A stretch of 64,000 bases of DNA. Origin: an uncultured Candidatus Saccharibacteria bacterium (lineage in GTDB: Bacteria; Patescibacteriota; Saccharimonadia; Saccharimonadales; Saccharimonadaceae). A program made the translations under genes and the position numbers. The stretch's first letter is position 1. Every line of letters begins with the position of its first letter. Shown here piece by piece: positions 9,309-19,624 of the stretch. Below the pieces are notes generated by a model that saw nothing but the letters and a program-made list of their open reading frames with translations, did not search any database and was not told the DNA's origin. The stretch lies in NCBI GenBank assembly GCA_963704675.1, contig OY969928.1, positions 631,539-695,538 on the forward strand, given 5' to 3'.

Positions 9309-9782
9309 CTAATTATTATTACTCTGGCAGGTAAATTGGCCTTGCTCTACATAAACCGCTGCAGCCACACTTCGGCTACCAGTAGCGTCATCAATGTCCC
9401 CATCACCACATTTAGCGTTTTGGTAATAGAATAGCTGGCCAACTTCAGCTGGAACAACTGTCTTATTGTTTTGATATGTTACGTTATAAGTTGAACCGGT
9501 AGAAGGGTCATTAAAAGTTTGACCGCCGTTTGTTAAGTAGCCTGAAACGAAACTACCAAGTGTTGTGGTGCTATTTGGAACGGCACCGTTTCTATTACTA
9601 CTGTAATTTGTGAGCTGGCTCATAAAACGAGAGAGATCTTGTTTACGCTGAGTATCGCGTTGTGATCGTTGTAAAGCTGGCAACGCCAAAAAGACAATCA
9701 AGAAGATTAGCCCGGCAATTGCTAACACGAGCACGACCTCGATCAGCGTAAAGCCCTTTTTCTGTTGTAACGTTGTGTTCAT
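9309..9782 (-). CDS. pilA: type IV major pilin
   Basis: MNTTLQQKKGFTLIEVVLVLAIAGLIFLIVFLALP (G|FTLIE). 157 aa with a C-terminal Cys pair. Confidence 0.8.
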   Translation of the reverse strand: MNTTLQQKKGFTLIEVVLVLAIAGLIFLIVFLALPALQRSQRDTQRKQDLSRFMSQLTNYSSNRNGAVPNSTTTLGSFVSGYLTNGGQTFNDPSTGSTYNVTYQNNKTVVPAEVGQLFYYQNAKCGDGDIDDATGSRSVAAAVYVEQGQFTCQSNNN

Positions 9783-9826
9783 ACCACCCTTCCTCTGTTG
9801 TTTGGAATGCTTATGTTTATAATCTG

Positions 9827-9854
9827 ATTATAGTGATATTTGCAGCTTTCGCAA
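9827..9854 (-). promoter_or_regulatory. candidate sigma70-type promoter for pilA
   Basis: On the minus strand the pattern is TTGCGA, a 16-nt spacer, then TATAAT, located upstream of pilA. Confidence 0.4.
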
Positions 9855-9869
9855 GCGCTTCCCATAGCT

Positions 9870-11084
9870 CTATGTAATGGTTCCGCCGTTAATAAGACCG
9901 TATACTGGTAATAGAATAGCCGCTACAAGACCACCGGCCACAATTGCTAGCACAACCATTAAAACCGGTTCGATAGCAGTTGAAAGTGAGCGAACAGTAT
10001 TTTCAAGTTCATTCTCATAAAAAGTTGCGGCTTTACCCATCATTTTATCAATACCGCCAGATTGTTCACCAATACTAATCATTTGTGGCACAAGTGAAGC
10101 AATCATGTTTTCGTTCTTCAAAGCTGACGAGAGCGATTTGCCACCACGAACTTTTTCGGCTGCACGGTTAATCGCATTAGTAACCAGCACGTTATTGGCA
10201 GATTTTGAAGAGATTTCGAGCATTTGCAGCATCGGTACACCGGATGAGAGTAGTGTTTCAGCCGTGCGGGTAAACCGCGCCATATAGAGTTTTTCGAGCA
10301 GTGGCCCCACGAGTGGTAAGCGTAGTTTAAAGGTATCCCAAGCGCGTCGGCCATTATTGGTAGCGATATAGCGACGCAAGAAATATATAGCCGCAACAAT
10401 AAGAATAAGAATAAGCCACCAGAAACGTCCAATGAAATTGGCCGTACTAACCATAACTTGAGTAATAAATGGCAATTCTTGGCGCAGATCTTTAAACAAG
10501 CGCTCAATCTGTGGCACAACGGTGGTAAGCATGAAAACGATCACACCAACAATCACCACCATAACGATAGCCGGATACACCATGGCACCGCGAACCTTAC
10601 TGAGCAGTTCAGCATCCTTTTCTTGTTGGTCGGCAATGCGCTCTAACGACTTATCGAGGGTACCAGAAACTTCACCGGCAGCAATTAGTGCAACGTAAAC
10701 TTCATTAAAAACGTCTTTGTGCCGGCGAAAAGCATCAGCTAAGGTACTGCCACCTTCGATAGTGGTAATTACATCAAGGACAACACTTTTCAATTTTTTA
10801 TTATCAGTCTGTTCAGCAACGCTCCGAAGCGCTTGGGCAAGCGGCAAGCCAGCATTAATAAGCGTTGAAAGCTGGCGGGTAAAGATGACTCGATCTTTAG
10901 TACTCACTCGATTACGAAGCCGGCCAAGCAGACTTTCACTTTCATTTAGTTCTTTGATATCAAGCGGCACAATACCCTGAGCCATTAAGAGCTTAGCGGC
11001 AGCCCGCTCTGATTCGGCCTGAACTGCTGATTTAACAATCTTATTGCTAGCAATATCGCGGGCAGTGTAGGTAAAGGTTATCAT
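9870..11084 (-). CDS. pilC: type IV pilus platform protein (GspF/PilC family)
   Basis: 404 aa with two T2SSF repeats and three TM segments. Confidence 0.9.
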   Translation of the reverse strand: MITFTYTARDIASNKIVKSAVQAESERAAAKLLMAQGIVPLDIKELNESESLLGRLRNRVSTKDRVIFTRQLSTLINAGLPLAQALRSVAEQTDNKKLKSVVLDVITTIEGGSTLADAFRRHKDVFNEVYVALIAAGEVSGTLDKSLERIADQQEKDAELLSKVRGAMVYPAIVMVVIVGVIVFMLTTVVPQIERLFKDLRQELPFITQVMVSTANFIGRFWWLILILIVAAIYFLRRYIATNNGRRAWDTFKLRLPLVGPLLEKLYMARFTRTAETLLSSGVPMLQMLEISSKSANNVLVTNAINRAAEKVRGGKSLSSALKNENMIASLVPQMISIGEQSGGIDKMMGKAATFYENELENTVRSLSTAIEPVLMVVLAIVAGGLVAAILLPVYGLINGGTIT

Positions 11085-11086
11085 GC

Positions 11087-12160
11087 CTAACCTCGTATCA
11101 TCCTATCAAATTCAGTAGTATCAACCGCGTAGTTACGAGCTTCATCATAGGTAATCGTGCCCGACTGCACCAAGTTAACAAGCGTTTTATCCATAGACTG
11201 CATACCGAGGTCAGCACCGGTTTGAATAACGGCATCGAGTTGATGGCTTTTACCTTCGCGAATAATATTACGAACAGCGGGGTTCGCTACTAAAATCTCT
11301 GCCGCCACCACACGACCACCGCCAATGACCGGAATTAAGCGTTGCGATACGATTGATTGCAAAATATTAGCCAATTGTGAACGAATTTGTGGTTGCTGAT
11401 GCGGCGGAAAGACATCAATCATACGATCAATCGACTGCGAAGCAGAGTTAGTATGAAGCGTTGCAAACACAAGGTGACCGGTCTCGGCAATCGTAATAGC
11501 AGCGGAAATAGTCTCAAGGTCACGCATTTCACCGATTAATACAACATCCGGGTCCTGGCGCAAGCTTGAACGAAGAGCCGCTGAAAACGAATAAGTATCA
11601 TAATGTACTTCACGTTGCACCACAACCGACTTTTTTGATTTATGCGTAAATTCAATTGGATCTTCAATAGTAATAATATGATGCGCTTTAGTGTCGTTAA
11701 TTTGATCAACTATCGCCGCAAGGGTGGTTGACTTACCCGAGCCAGTTGGACCAGTAACAAGCACGAGACCACGCGGGAAATTCGCAAATGTACTGACTAT
11801 TTGGGGCATACCTAATTCTGCCACGCTCTTGATCTCATTGGGAATCAAGCGAAGAGCTGCCGCCAAATTACCGCGCTCGTGAAAGGCATTAACACGGAAA
11901 CGGCCGAGATCGCCAAAGGCAAAGCTAAAGTCAAATTCTTTATCTTTTAAAAGGATTTGTTTTTGATCTTCGTCGAGAATTGAAAATACTAACTGCTCAA
12001 CGGTTTCTTCATTCAAGGCTTCATAACCAGGTACCGGTACCAAAGCACCGTCAATTCTGAGCATTGGCGGTAAGCTAATTTGTAAATGAAGATCACTCGC
12101 TCGTTTACGAATAACTTCTTCGAGTAACAGTTCAATTCTGAGTTCTTGTGTATCGCTCAT
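11087..12160 (-). CDS. pilT: twitching-motility retraction ATPase
   Basis: Walker A GPTGSGKSTT, the AIRNIIREGK-like motif (AVRNIIREGK), and a 357-aa size typical of PilT. Confidence 0.9.
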   Translation of the reverse strand: MSDTQELRIELLLEEVIRKRASDLHLQISLPPMLRIDGALVPVPGYEALNEETVEQLVFSILDEDQKQILLKDKEFDFSFAFGDLGRFRVNAFHERGNLAAALRLIPNEIKSVAELGMPQIVSTFANFPRGLVLVTGPTGSGKSTTLAAIVDQINDTKAHHIITIEDPIEFTHKSKKSVVVQREVHYDTYSFSAALRSSLRQDPDVVLIGEMRDLETISAAITIAETGHLVFATLHTNSASQSIDRMIDVFPPHQQPQIRSQLANILQSIVSQRLIPVIGGGRVVAAEILVANPAVRNIIREGKSHQLDAVIQTGADLGMQSMDKTLVNLVQSGTITYDEARNYAVDTTEFDRMIRG

Positions 12161-12173
12161 TCCCCACCTTTCA

Positions 12174-13949
12174 CTACGCCATATTTGCCGCCACGCGGTT
12201 TACTTCATCAAGTGTCGTAAGACCTTGCAGTGCCTTGAGATATCCGTCGCGACGCATGGTAATCATGCCTTCTTCAACCGCTTTTTTCTGAATCTCAGCA
12301 CTAGTTGCACGCTTTACGATAAGGTTTTGGATGTTTTCAGTTATATCCATTACTTCATAGAGACCCATGCGACCCTTGAAACCCCTGGGGGTAGCTGGCG
12401 TATCCTTCCCCTTCACTAAAGTATAAGCTTTTTGGCCACTGAGCGGCAAGTCTTTATAACCTAAGTCTTCAGAAACTTTGGCGACTGATGCTTTATCTTT
12501 CGGTAATATATCGCCAAGTGTTTCATGGATAGTCTGAGTCTCAAGCGGGTTAGACTGATAGGTTTCGCGTTCCTCGCCTACTCGACGCACTAAACGTTGA
12601 CCAATGACGGTATTGACAGTGCTGGCAATTAAGAAAGGTTCAATGCCCATGTCGAGCAATCGTGGAAGCACTCCAGCCGCTGAGTTAGTATGAAGTGTCG
12701 AGAATACTAGGTGACCCGTTAGAGCGGCTTGCACGGCCAAGTTAGCGGTTTCACGATCACGAATCTCACCCACCATAATAACATTCGGGTCTTGGCGAAG
12801 AATTGAACGAAGACCATTTGCAAATGTCAGCCCAACTTCAGTATTAACCTGAATTTGGTTAACCCCTGATATTTTATATTCAACAGGGTCTTCAAGCGTA
12901 ACAATATTAATTTCATCGCTCTTAATCTCTTGAATGAGCGCATAAAGGCTGGTTGACTTACCAGAACCAGTTGGGCCAGAAGTAAGCACCATGCCATTCG
13001 GCTTGCGGATACCCTTACGAACCATGCGGAGCGCCCGGCCAGCATATCCCATATCTTCAAGCCTAAAGTTGGTGCCAGTCTTATCCAGCAGACGAATAAC
13101 AACTTGCTCACCCCACACCACTGGGCTGATAGCGATACGAAGGTCGATATCGCTCCCGGCAACATGCACTGTAAATTGTCCATCCTGAGGAATGCGATGC
13201 TCGTCAATTTTGAGATTCGAGAGAATTTTTACGCGTGAGATAAGAGCCGGCTCGATACTTTTTGGCAACTTCATAATCTCACGTAGCACGCCATCAACAC
13301 GAGCACGGATCTTCAAGGCATCCTCAAGTGGCTCAATATGAATGTCTGAGGCACGAGAACGGGCGGCGTATTCTAAAATTGTACTGAGTGCTCGGCTAAT
13401 TGGTGAATCTTGCACGATCGTTTTAATATCGGCATTTTGACGATCCTTTTCTTGCTTGGCGCCCTCTTCAGCAGAGCTAATAGCAGCGCTTACTCCCTGC
13501 TGAAGATCAGTATGGTACTGATCGAGTACGTGATTAATACCTTCCTCTGAAGCCATGTAAACTTTCAGCGGTCTTGCGATACGATTCGAAAGGTAATCAA
13601 CCGCCTGAACATTATTAGCATCAAGCATAGCCACTGCAAGACGATTCTGCACTTCACCAAGCGGTACAGCCATAAAGTGTTCTGCCACATCTCTTGGAAG
13701 CAGCCGAAGTACTGACTGATCAATATTCGCCTCAAGCAGATTCACATAGGGTACGCCCGAAACAGATGCCATCAAGCGAGTTAAAGCCTCGTTACCTACT
13801 AGCTTATGTTCAACGAGGTAGCTAATGAGAGGCTTGTTCTCTTTTTCGGCCTCTTTTTTATATTTCGCCAGATCCTCTTTAGTAATGACTCTCTCTTCAA
13901 CTAAGAGAATTTCGAGCTTTTTTTGACTGTCATCAGTTAGCAAACCCAT
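12174..13949 (-). CDS. pilB: type IV pilus assembly ATPase (GspE/PilB family)
   Basis: N-terminal T2SSE_N domain, Walker A GPTGSGKSTS, and Asp/His boxes. Confidence 0.9.
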   Translation of the reverse strand: MGLLTDDSQKKLEILLVEERVITKEDLAKYKKEAEKENKPLISYLVEHKLVGNEALTRLMASVSGVPYVNLLEANIDQSVLRLLPRDVAEHFMAVPLGEVQNRLAVAMLDANNVQAVDYLSNRIARPLKVYMASEEGINHVLDQYHTDLQQGVSAAISSAEEGAKQEKDRQNADIKTIVQDSPISRALSTILEYAARSRASDIHIEPLEDALKIRARVDGVLREIMKLPKSIEPALISRVKILSNLKIDEHRIPQDGQFTVHVAGSDIDLRIAISPVVWGEQVVIRLLDKTGTNFRLEDMGYAGRALRMVRKGIRKPNGMVLTSGPTGSGKSTSLYALIQEIKSDEINIVTLEDPVEYKISGVNQIQVNTEVGLTFANGLRSILRQDPNVIMVGEIRDRETANLAVQAALTGHLVFSTLHTNSAAGVLPRLLDMGIEPFLIASTVNTVIGQRLVRRVGEERETYQSNPLETQTIHETLGDILPKDKASVAKVSEDLGYKDLPLSGQKAYTLVKGKDTPATPRGFKGRMGLYEVMDITENIQNLIVKRATSAEIQKKAVEEGMITMRRDGYLKALQGLTTLDEVNRVAANMA

Positions 13950-13964
13950 ATATGCTAACTCATC

Positions 13965-14207
13965 CTACTGATCAAATGGTTGTTGATTTGCTGGATTACC
14001 AATTTCAATCACTACAGTTGGATCGATTGCTTGGTCGTTAAAAATCTTTTTGCTTGGTTCTGGTAATTCTGCCGAGATTGGCTCAACGACTTCAACTGTT
14101 TGGCGCTGACTACCAGGCTGACCAATTATTGCACTTAATGCAAAATAAGATACTAAAAGTGTCACTGAAACAATCAAAACGATGATTGCTATGTCGTTTT
14201 TTTTCAT
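13965..14207 (-). CDS. small single-pass membrane protein in the pilus operon
   Basis: 80 aa with one TM helix. It sits between the pilO-like gene and pilB. Confidence 0.4.
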   Translation of the reverse strand: MKKNDIAIIVLIVSVTLLVSYFALSAIIGQPGSQRQTVEVVEPISAELPEPSKKIFNDQAIDPTVVIEIGNPANQQPFDQ

Positions 14208-14845
14208 GACTTGACGACCTCTTTCTTTATCTCAACACCTTTAGCTGGTTGCCAGTAAGCCGTTATATCGAGTGCCAAGCGAGTATTCTTATCTGAGCCA
14301 GTCACGTTCATTGTATTAATAGTAATGGGCCGAATAACCCGTTCTAAATCGCGCACAAAGGCTAGAACTTGTTCATAGCTACCGCTTACAGTAATACTCG
14401 CATTGATAGGCTGTGGGCCACTAGCTTCATCAGATGGCTCTACGTCTTCTGCTTGGCTCTCGATCGACACACTTTCAAGCGTTACACCTGAAAGTGGTGT
14501 AATGACCTGCTGAATTGAAGTACCGAATGCACTTGTATCTTTTTCGCGAGGCAAGGCATTCAAAATCTTAGTTGAGCTCACGTTTTTATCGGTTCCTGCG
14601 TCAAGTGGCCCAAAGGCTTCTTTAAGCTTCACGATATTATTTTGATTTTCGGCTAAGGTGCTTGCGGCTTTAGATTTAGCGCTATATACATTGTTGTTAT
14701 ATAAAAATTGCTTATATAAGAATTGAGCCGCAACAAGCAAAATCGAGATTGCAATTGAAGCAATTGCGACCCAGGCAAACATTGTACGATTAGCACTACT
14801 AATTGCTTGGCGTTTCTTAAGACCAGTTGCACGTTTCAGTTCCAT
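14204..14845 (-). CDS. PilO-like pilus assembly protein
   Basis: 213 aa with a single TM followed by coiled coil. It follows pilN with overlapping stop and start. Confidence 0.5.
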   Translation of the reverse strand: MELKRATGLKKRQAISSANRTMFAWVAIASIAISILLVAAQFLYKQFLYNNNVYSAKSKAASTLAENQNNIVKLKEAFGPLDAGTDKNVSSTKILNALPREKDTSAFGTSIQQVITPLSGVTLESVSIESQAEDVEPSDEASGPQPINASITVSGSYEQVLAFVRDLERVIRPITINTMNVTGSDKNTRLALDITAYWQPAKGVEIKKEVVKS

Positions 14846-15576
14846 TAGTCATCTCCTTGGTCGCCTGAAGGATTGGCATTTTCGTCAAATATTGTATTGG
14901 CGCGCGATGGTGCACCAGTAATCGATTGTGTCGTTTGAATATTAGGTATATTTAATTTTACATCTTCAATGTTAGGATCAAATGCAAACTCGTTATAAGT
15001 TGCACGAACAATAAAACCTAACTCCTGCCTGCCTTGATTACGAGTAAGATTTTGGCTTTCAATTACAACACTATCAAACAGTTTGCCCGTCTGTTCTTCA
15101 TCATCTTCTTTATAAGTAAGCTCGGCATTAACAAGTGTGTCTTTAAAAATAGTGAAAGCTTGGAAATTACCAGCCACGCCATTAAACACAATTTCTTTAT
15201 TCTCTTGATCTGTTTGCAAACTTGAAAGCCGAATATTATTGGGTGGTGCTGGGTTTAAAACCTTAAGATATTCAAAAAGCCGTGAATATATGACTTTTTG
15301 ATCGTATAATTCTGGCAGTGCAATGAGTTGATTTTGAATAGTAAGGTATTTATCAATATCTTCTACCGACTTTAGGTCTTCTGTGCGTGTGTCAATTTCA
15401 GTTTGCTTACTAGCAATAAGTAGTGGCTGCCCCGCATAAACAGTCAGGAACAAGAAGACTGTCAAGCCAACTGCGCCTAGTGTGACTAAAATTGAAATAC
15501 CGATGACAGTCGTTTTTGTCCGCTGCGCCTGCAGAAACTCTTTTTTTACATCTGGTAGGAGATTTAACTGAATCAT
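14845..15576 (-). CDS. PilN-like pilus assembly protein
   Basis: N-terminal MIQLNLLPDVKKE (INLLP motif) followed by a TM helix. Confidence 0.6.
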   Translation of the reverse strand: MIQLNLLPDVKKEFLQAQRTKTTVIGISILVTLGAVGLTVFLFLTVYAGQPLLIASKQTEIDTRTEDLKSVEDIDKYLTIQNQLIALPELYDQKVIYSRLFEYLKVLNPAPPNNIRLSSLQTDQENKEIVFNGVAGNFQAFTIFKDTLVNAELTYKEDDEEQTGKLFDSVVIESQNLTRNQGRQELGFIVRATYNEFAFDPNIEDVKLNIPNIQTTQSITGAPSRANTIFDENANPSGDQGDD

Positions 15577-16610
15577 GCCGCTCTCTCCGCCAGACCAACA
15601 GCTACAGCGAATCTAGGTGCTAGCTGAAGCAGCGTTTGTTGATCGCCGCCAGCACGCACTCTTTGCCAGGGATTACCCGCCACTACCTGCAATCCGGTTT
15701 TGGTACTGACAAAATCATTAAATGCTGGCACCGAAACACCGTAACCCGTTAAAACAGCATTTTGAATAGGGAGGCTTGGATATCGTGTTTGAAAGAACTT
15801 TATCGTTTTTGTTAACTCTAAAACAAATTGCTCTAAAGTTGGTTCAAGCGATTTATAAATTTGACCCTCAAGCCTATCAGGATAAAGACCAAACTTCAGA
15901 ATAAATTGCATCGCCTGGTTCTGGTCAATACTAAGGTTTTGCTGAGCTGCTTTTACAAGTGTTTGCATGCCAGTTGGCAACGAACGCACAAGTCGGGGCG
16001 TATCACCAACAACCGCTACAATATCAGTTGAGAAATCTCCAAGATCAACAATTAATAAACCGTTTTGATTATCTTCAGGAGTAAGAGAACGCACAAGCGC
16101 TAATGGATCAGGCTCTAATGCAATAACATTGAGCCCCAAACCTTCAATAAGATCAAGGCGATCTTCGCTAAATTTATTAGCAACACTGGCGAGCAGTACT
16201 TCAATTTTATTCTCGTCTCTCAGTGATTTGCCCAAGACCGCCCAATCTATTTTTGCTTCTTCAATAGACATTGGAATATATTGCTCAGCTTGATATTTAA
16301 TTGTACTGGCTAATTCTTGTGGCGGTACATCTGGTAGATCAACAACTGTTACGAATGTTTTATTCGAAGGAACACCTACCACAACGTTTTTCGAAGTAAT
16401 ACCCGTTTGAGCAATAAGGTTCGTAATAACCTCACCTAATCGTTTTCGATCTTCGGGTGAGTCACTTGTAGCAACTTTCATATCAACAGGAGCTGAACCA
16501 TATCGAGCTAAGACCCAAGATCCTGGTGTACCTTTAAGTTCAATCGCTCGTACAGCGGTTGTGCCGATATCAAGTGCGAAGAAGTCGCCCACCGATTGAA
16601 ATAACTTCAT
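15573..16610 (-). CDS. pilM: type IV pilus assembly ATPase-like protein PilM (actin fold)
   Basis: 345 aa. ALDIGTTAVRAIEL and further actin-like phosphate motifs. It lies upstream of pilN. Confidence 0.8.
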   Translation of the reverse strand: MKLFQSVGDFFALDIGTTAVRAIELKGTPGSWVLARYGSAPVDMKVATSDSPEDRKRLGEVITNLIAQTGITSKNVVVGVPSNKTFVTVVDLPDVPPQELASTIKYQAEQYIPMSIEEAKIDWAVLGKSLRDENKIEVLLASVANKFSEDRLDLIEGLGLNVIALEPDPLALVRSLTPEDNQNGLLIVDLGDFSTDIVAVVGDTPRLVRSLPTGMQTLVKAAQQNLSIDQNQAMQFILKFGLYPDRLEGQIYKSLEPTLEQFVLELTKTIKFFQTRYPSLPIQNAVLTGYGVSVPAFNDFVSTKTGLQVVAGNPWQRVRAGGDQQTLLQLAPRFAVAVGLAERAA

Positions 16611-16668
16611 ACTTATGCTTGATTATAGCATAAGTACCTTACTTGTGAAGTAGTTTTCGCCCTTCAAA

Positions 16669-19005
16669 TTAGTAACGTGGTGGCAAGTCTTGTTCTTCAA
16701 TCGTATTGATGATCTCTTGATTGTTACTACTGCCCATCAATACGTTATTGAAGAATAATTCAGAACCATAAAAGAAACGCTCTGCCGGATCGCTGCTCGT
16801 CACTGGATCTGACCCCGCTGTTCGACGTAACGACACTGTATCGGCAATGACAAGCCCGTTAGCTAACAGTGGGGTGCTACACGTTCCTGCTGTCAATGCG
16901 CCTGGTGTATCACACGTTGAAAAGTTTTTCAGCGTAAAGAAAGCACCATCCATTTGCGAGACATTACCATTTACTATAATGTTACCTCTTGCAACAATAG
17001 CAAGCGACGGTATCTCGCTCGTCGTATTATATGGCCCAGCATAGGTGATGGTGTCAGTAATAGTAACGTCGCCATCAACAACAAGTAATAGTTGAGCACC
17101 CTTAGGAATAGTTGATTTTGCAATCGTCAAGTTACCACTGTAATGAACTTTAGTAACGCCATTTGTCGCTACTAAACTGCCAATATCCTGCGTGCCAGCT
17201 GGTGATGCGCTTACAGGCACCTGGGCTGCATATTGTGCATAATAATCTGTTATACAATGCGGATTATCGCCAAAGTGGCCAGGATTCGTGAGCGGAACAT
17301 TCGAGAACATAAGAGCTGTTGCTAAAAAGTGTTGCGCAGACGTATCAGGCTTACTTGCTGTACCAAATTGCTGAACCTTGCCGCGAGCAACGGCGGCATA
17401 CTCAACAACCGAACCATTCGCATCCGTATTTGCTGTTGTAAAGATGTTCCCTGAATTGGTTGCTTCGGTGCAAATACCGCTACTATTTGCAAAACCGCCG
17501 CCAACACTAATATCTCCACCTATAAAGTGCACTGTTGGGCGTTTTCCAACTGTCACACAACTTGGTGCACTCCATCGGTGACGTGGTGCAGCACCATGAG
17601 TAGGCGGATCAACAGCAAGCATACGACAGATGCGCGTACCTGTCGGGTAATTACCGACAACGAAATTACTCCCTGGATTGTTCGGCAATGAGGTTGTGTT
17701 ATTAGTAAATACCGTTGTACTAGGCGCAACATAGATATCGCGACAAACGACCCCTGGCACGCTAAATCGGGCACAGGTAAAGTTATTGTCAGTATAAGGC
17801 GCAGTAAGATCTATAGATACTCCTGGCTGAACGATCAATTCTTTAACCGCCCATGCAGTTGGACGACTTACTGTAATGCCCGACTTATTAACCGTATAGT
17901 TCACATTAACTGTTTCGTTTGCCGAAGCCGTCGTTTGCGACACTTGAGCACTTGGTGACAACGAATAACTATAGGCAACTATCACGCAAGCTGCCGCTCC
18001 AAGGCCAATGCCACCATTCGTAGAGGAAGCTGGCCGGAAGCTTATATATTGACAGTATTGCGTACCCGGCGGCGCCGTCAGTGGAATAGCAAGTTGACTA
18101 CGAACAACCTCAAGCTGTGTATTAGGCGCCAAGACTACATTACCAGGGTTCGCACGCGGCAAAGAGTTATTCGTAACCGGCTGATCAGGAGTGCCGGGAT
18201 ACACCCTTCGAGCCGTGTAGTCAATTGACTGTTGAGTTGAGCCCCCGTTCAACCGTAAAACGTGCGAAAATGTGACAGTTTGGCCTGGTACGGAGGTAAT
18301 ACTATTACGGCCACTAACTGGGCCGTCGTTTTGATCATTACCAGAGACAGTCGTGGAACCAGCAACTTGCCAAGGATCTGGAAGTGGTGCAAAGTTATGG
18401 CCAACTGGGTTACCGCAAGCCCTGCGAATAGCATAAATAATATTGCCGGCCTGATCCCTAAAAGTAATTGAATTGCCAACGACACCGTTATCAACAGTCC
18501 AGGGGTACCAAATAAATGTACCGTGATCACGACTGTAAAAGGCATTGTCACCATGCGCATCTTGATAATAACTATTGTATCGATACGATATACCCTCATC
18601 AAGGTTAACGCCCCCATATGTGGCAACGCCCCGAACTTTCCGTTCCCAGTCGTCCACATCAGCGGCTGACGGGAAGGTATGACCACCCGTACGCATGGTT
18701 TGCACAATGAATTGTGCACCTCGGATATCTTGAAGTGACCAGCCTCCGCCTTGATTTAAGGCGCGCGAACGAATCGCATTAATAAATTGGTCAAGATTAG
18801 CAGGAAATAAACCTCCTGGAATTACTATTCTTCCGGCAGGATCAAGACGACCATAGAAATAACCATGGTTCAGCGGTCGCCCATACGGACCAGGCTCACC
18901 CGGTTCGGCTTGAGCTGGCGGCATATATGAAAATAGCTGGCCAATAACAGCCACAACTATCATTACTACATGTATCCAGCGATGCTTATTCAGCAGGCGT
19001 GACAC
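16669..19005 (-). CDS. large secreted protein of unknown function, upstream of pilM
   Basis: 778 aa with a signal/anchor (VVMIVVAVIGQLFSYMPPAQA). It is Gly/Asn/Thr-rich, suggesting a beta-rich fold. No catalytic motif was recognised. Confidence 0.45.
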   Translation of the reverse strand: MSRLLNKHRWIHVVMIVVAVIGQLFSYMPPAQAEPGEPGPYGRPLNHGYFYGRLDPAGRIVIPGGLFPANLDQFINAIRSRALNQGGGWSLQDIRGAQFIVQTMRTGGHTFPSAADVDDWERKVRGVATYGGVNLDEGISYRYNSYYQDAHGDNAFYSRDHGTFIWYPWTVDNGVVGNSITFRDQAGNIIYAIRRACGNPVGHNFAPLPDPWQVAGSTTVSGNDQNDGPVSGRNSITSVPGQTVTFSHVLRLNGGSTQQSIDYTARRVYPGTPDQPVTNNSLPRANPGNVVLAPNTQLEVVRSQLAIPLTAPPGTQYCQYISFRPASSTNGGIGLGAAACVIVAYSYSLSPSAQVSQTTASANETVNVNYTVNKSGITVSRPTAWAVKELIVQPGVSIDLTAPYTDNNFTCARFSVPGVVCRDIYVAPSTTVFTNNTTSLPNNPGSNFVVGNYPTGTRICRMLAVDPPTHGAAPRHRWSAPSCVTVGKRPTVHFIGGDISVGGGFANSSGICTEATNSGNIFTTANTDANGSVVEYAAVARGKVQQFGTASKPDTSAQHFLATALMFSNVPLTNPGHFGDNPHCITDYYAQYAAQVPVSASPAGTQDIGSLVATNGVTKVHYSGNLTIAKSTIPKGAQLLLVVDGDVTITDTITYAGPYNTTSEIPSLAIVARGNIIVNGNVSQMDGAFFTLKNFSTCDTPGALTAGTCSTPLLANGLVIADTVSLRRTAGSDPVTSSDPAERFFYGSELFFNNVLMGSSNNQEIINTIEEQDLPPRY

Positions 19006-19558
19006 CCTGAGCCTCCAGTTCTTTTATTTTGGTATCGAGATATTGAATATTTTGCTCACTGAGCGGGTCTTCATTTTTCTGCTGCTCGGTGAGGGCTCTG
19101 GCCTCTTTAAAATACTTTAGCGCCTGAGATTTGTCATTCAACTTCTCAAGATATAAAACACCAATATTTTGCACCAACAACCCCACCTTTACACCTGCTT
19201 GATAAGCCTGTTCAAGATATGAAACGGCTGCTTTAAAATCACCGCGCCGCTGTGCGTCGTCTGCTAAGAACTGCAAAAGCTGCTGTTTTTCCTCAGTATT
19301 GGGGTTTTTACTGAGTGCTTCTTTCAGTGTTGCTTCACCAGGAGTCTTACCAGTATCAAGTGCCTCTTTGATGGTACCACTCGGCGTTACCTCTTTAGCC
19401 TGTTCGGTCTGCGTGGAGTTACGCGTTTGTAAAAATATAACTGCTACTAAAGCTGCGCCGGCCGCTATAACAATTACAGCAATTGTTATCCACATTGTCA
19501 TCGTGGAAGCTTTTTTAGCCTGCTTTTTTTCACTTGTATCAATAATTTTTTTAGCCAT
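18986..19558 (-). CDS. membrane-anchored TPR-repeat protein
   Basis: 190 aa with an N-terminal TM and TPR-like helical repeats (..AVSYLEQAYQAG..ALKYFKEARAL..). Confidence 0.5.
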   Translation of the reverse strand: MAKKIIDTSEKKQAKKASTMTMWITIAVIVIAAGAALVAVIFLQTRNSTQTEQAKEVTPSGTIKEALDTGKTPGEATLKEALSKNPNTEEKQQLLQFLADDAQRRGDFKAAVSYLEQAYQAGVKVGLLVQNIGVLYLEKLNDKSQALKYFKEARALTEQQKNEDPLSEQNIQYLDTKIKELEAQGVTPAE

Positions 19559-19624
19559 AGAAAATGTCCATTGCAGTTAAGTATAAACCGGTTATGCTCT
19601 ATCGGCAATGCTCTTCTAAAAGTG

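Noticed and set aside
5240-16610. Absence of a PilQ secretin as an anomaly in the pilus locus.
   Set aside because: This is expected for a monoderm-type envelope and is not evidence of an incomplete system.
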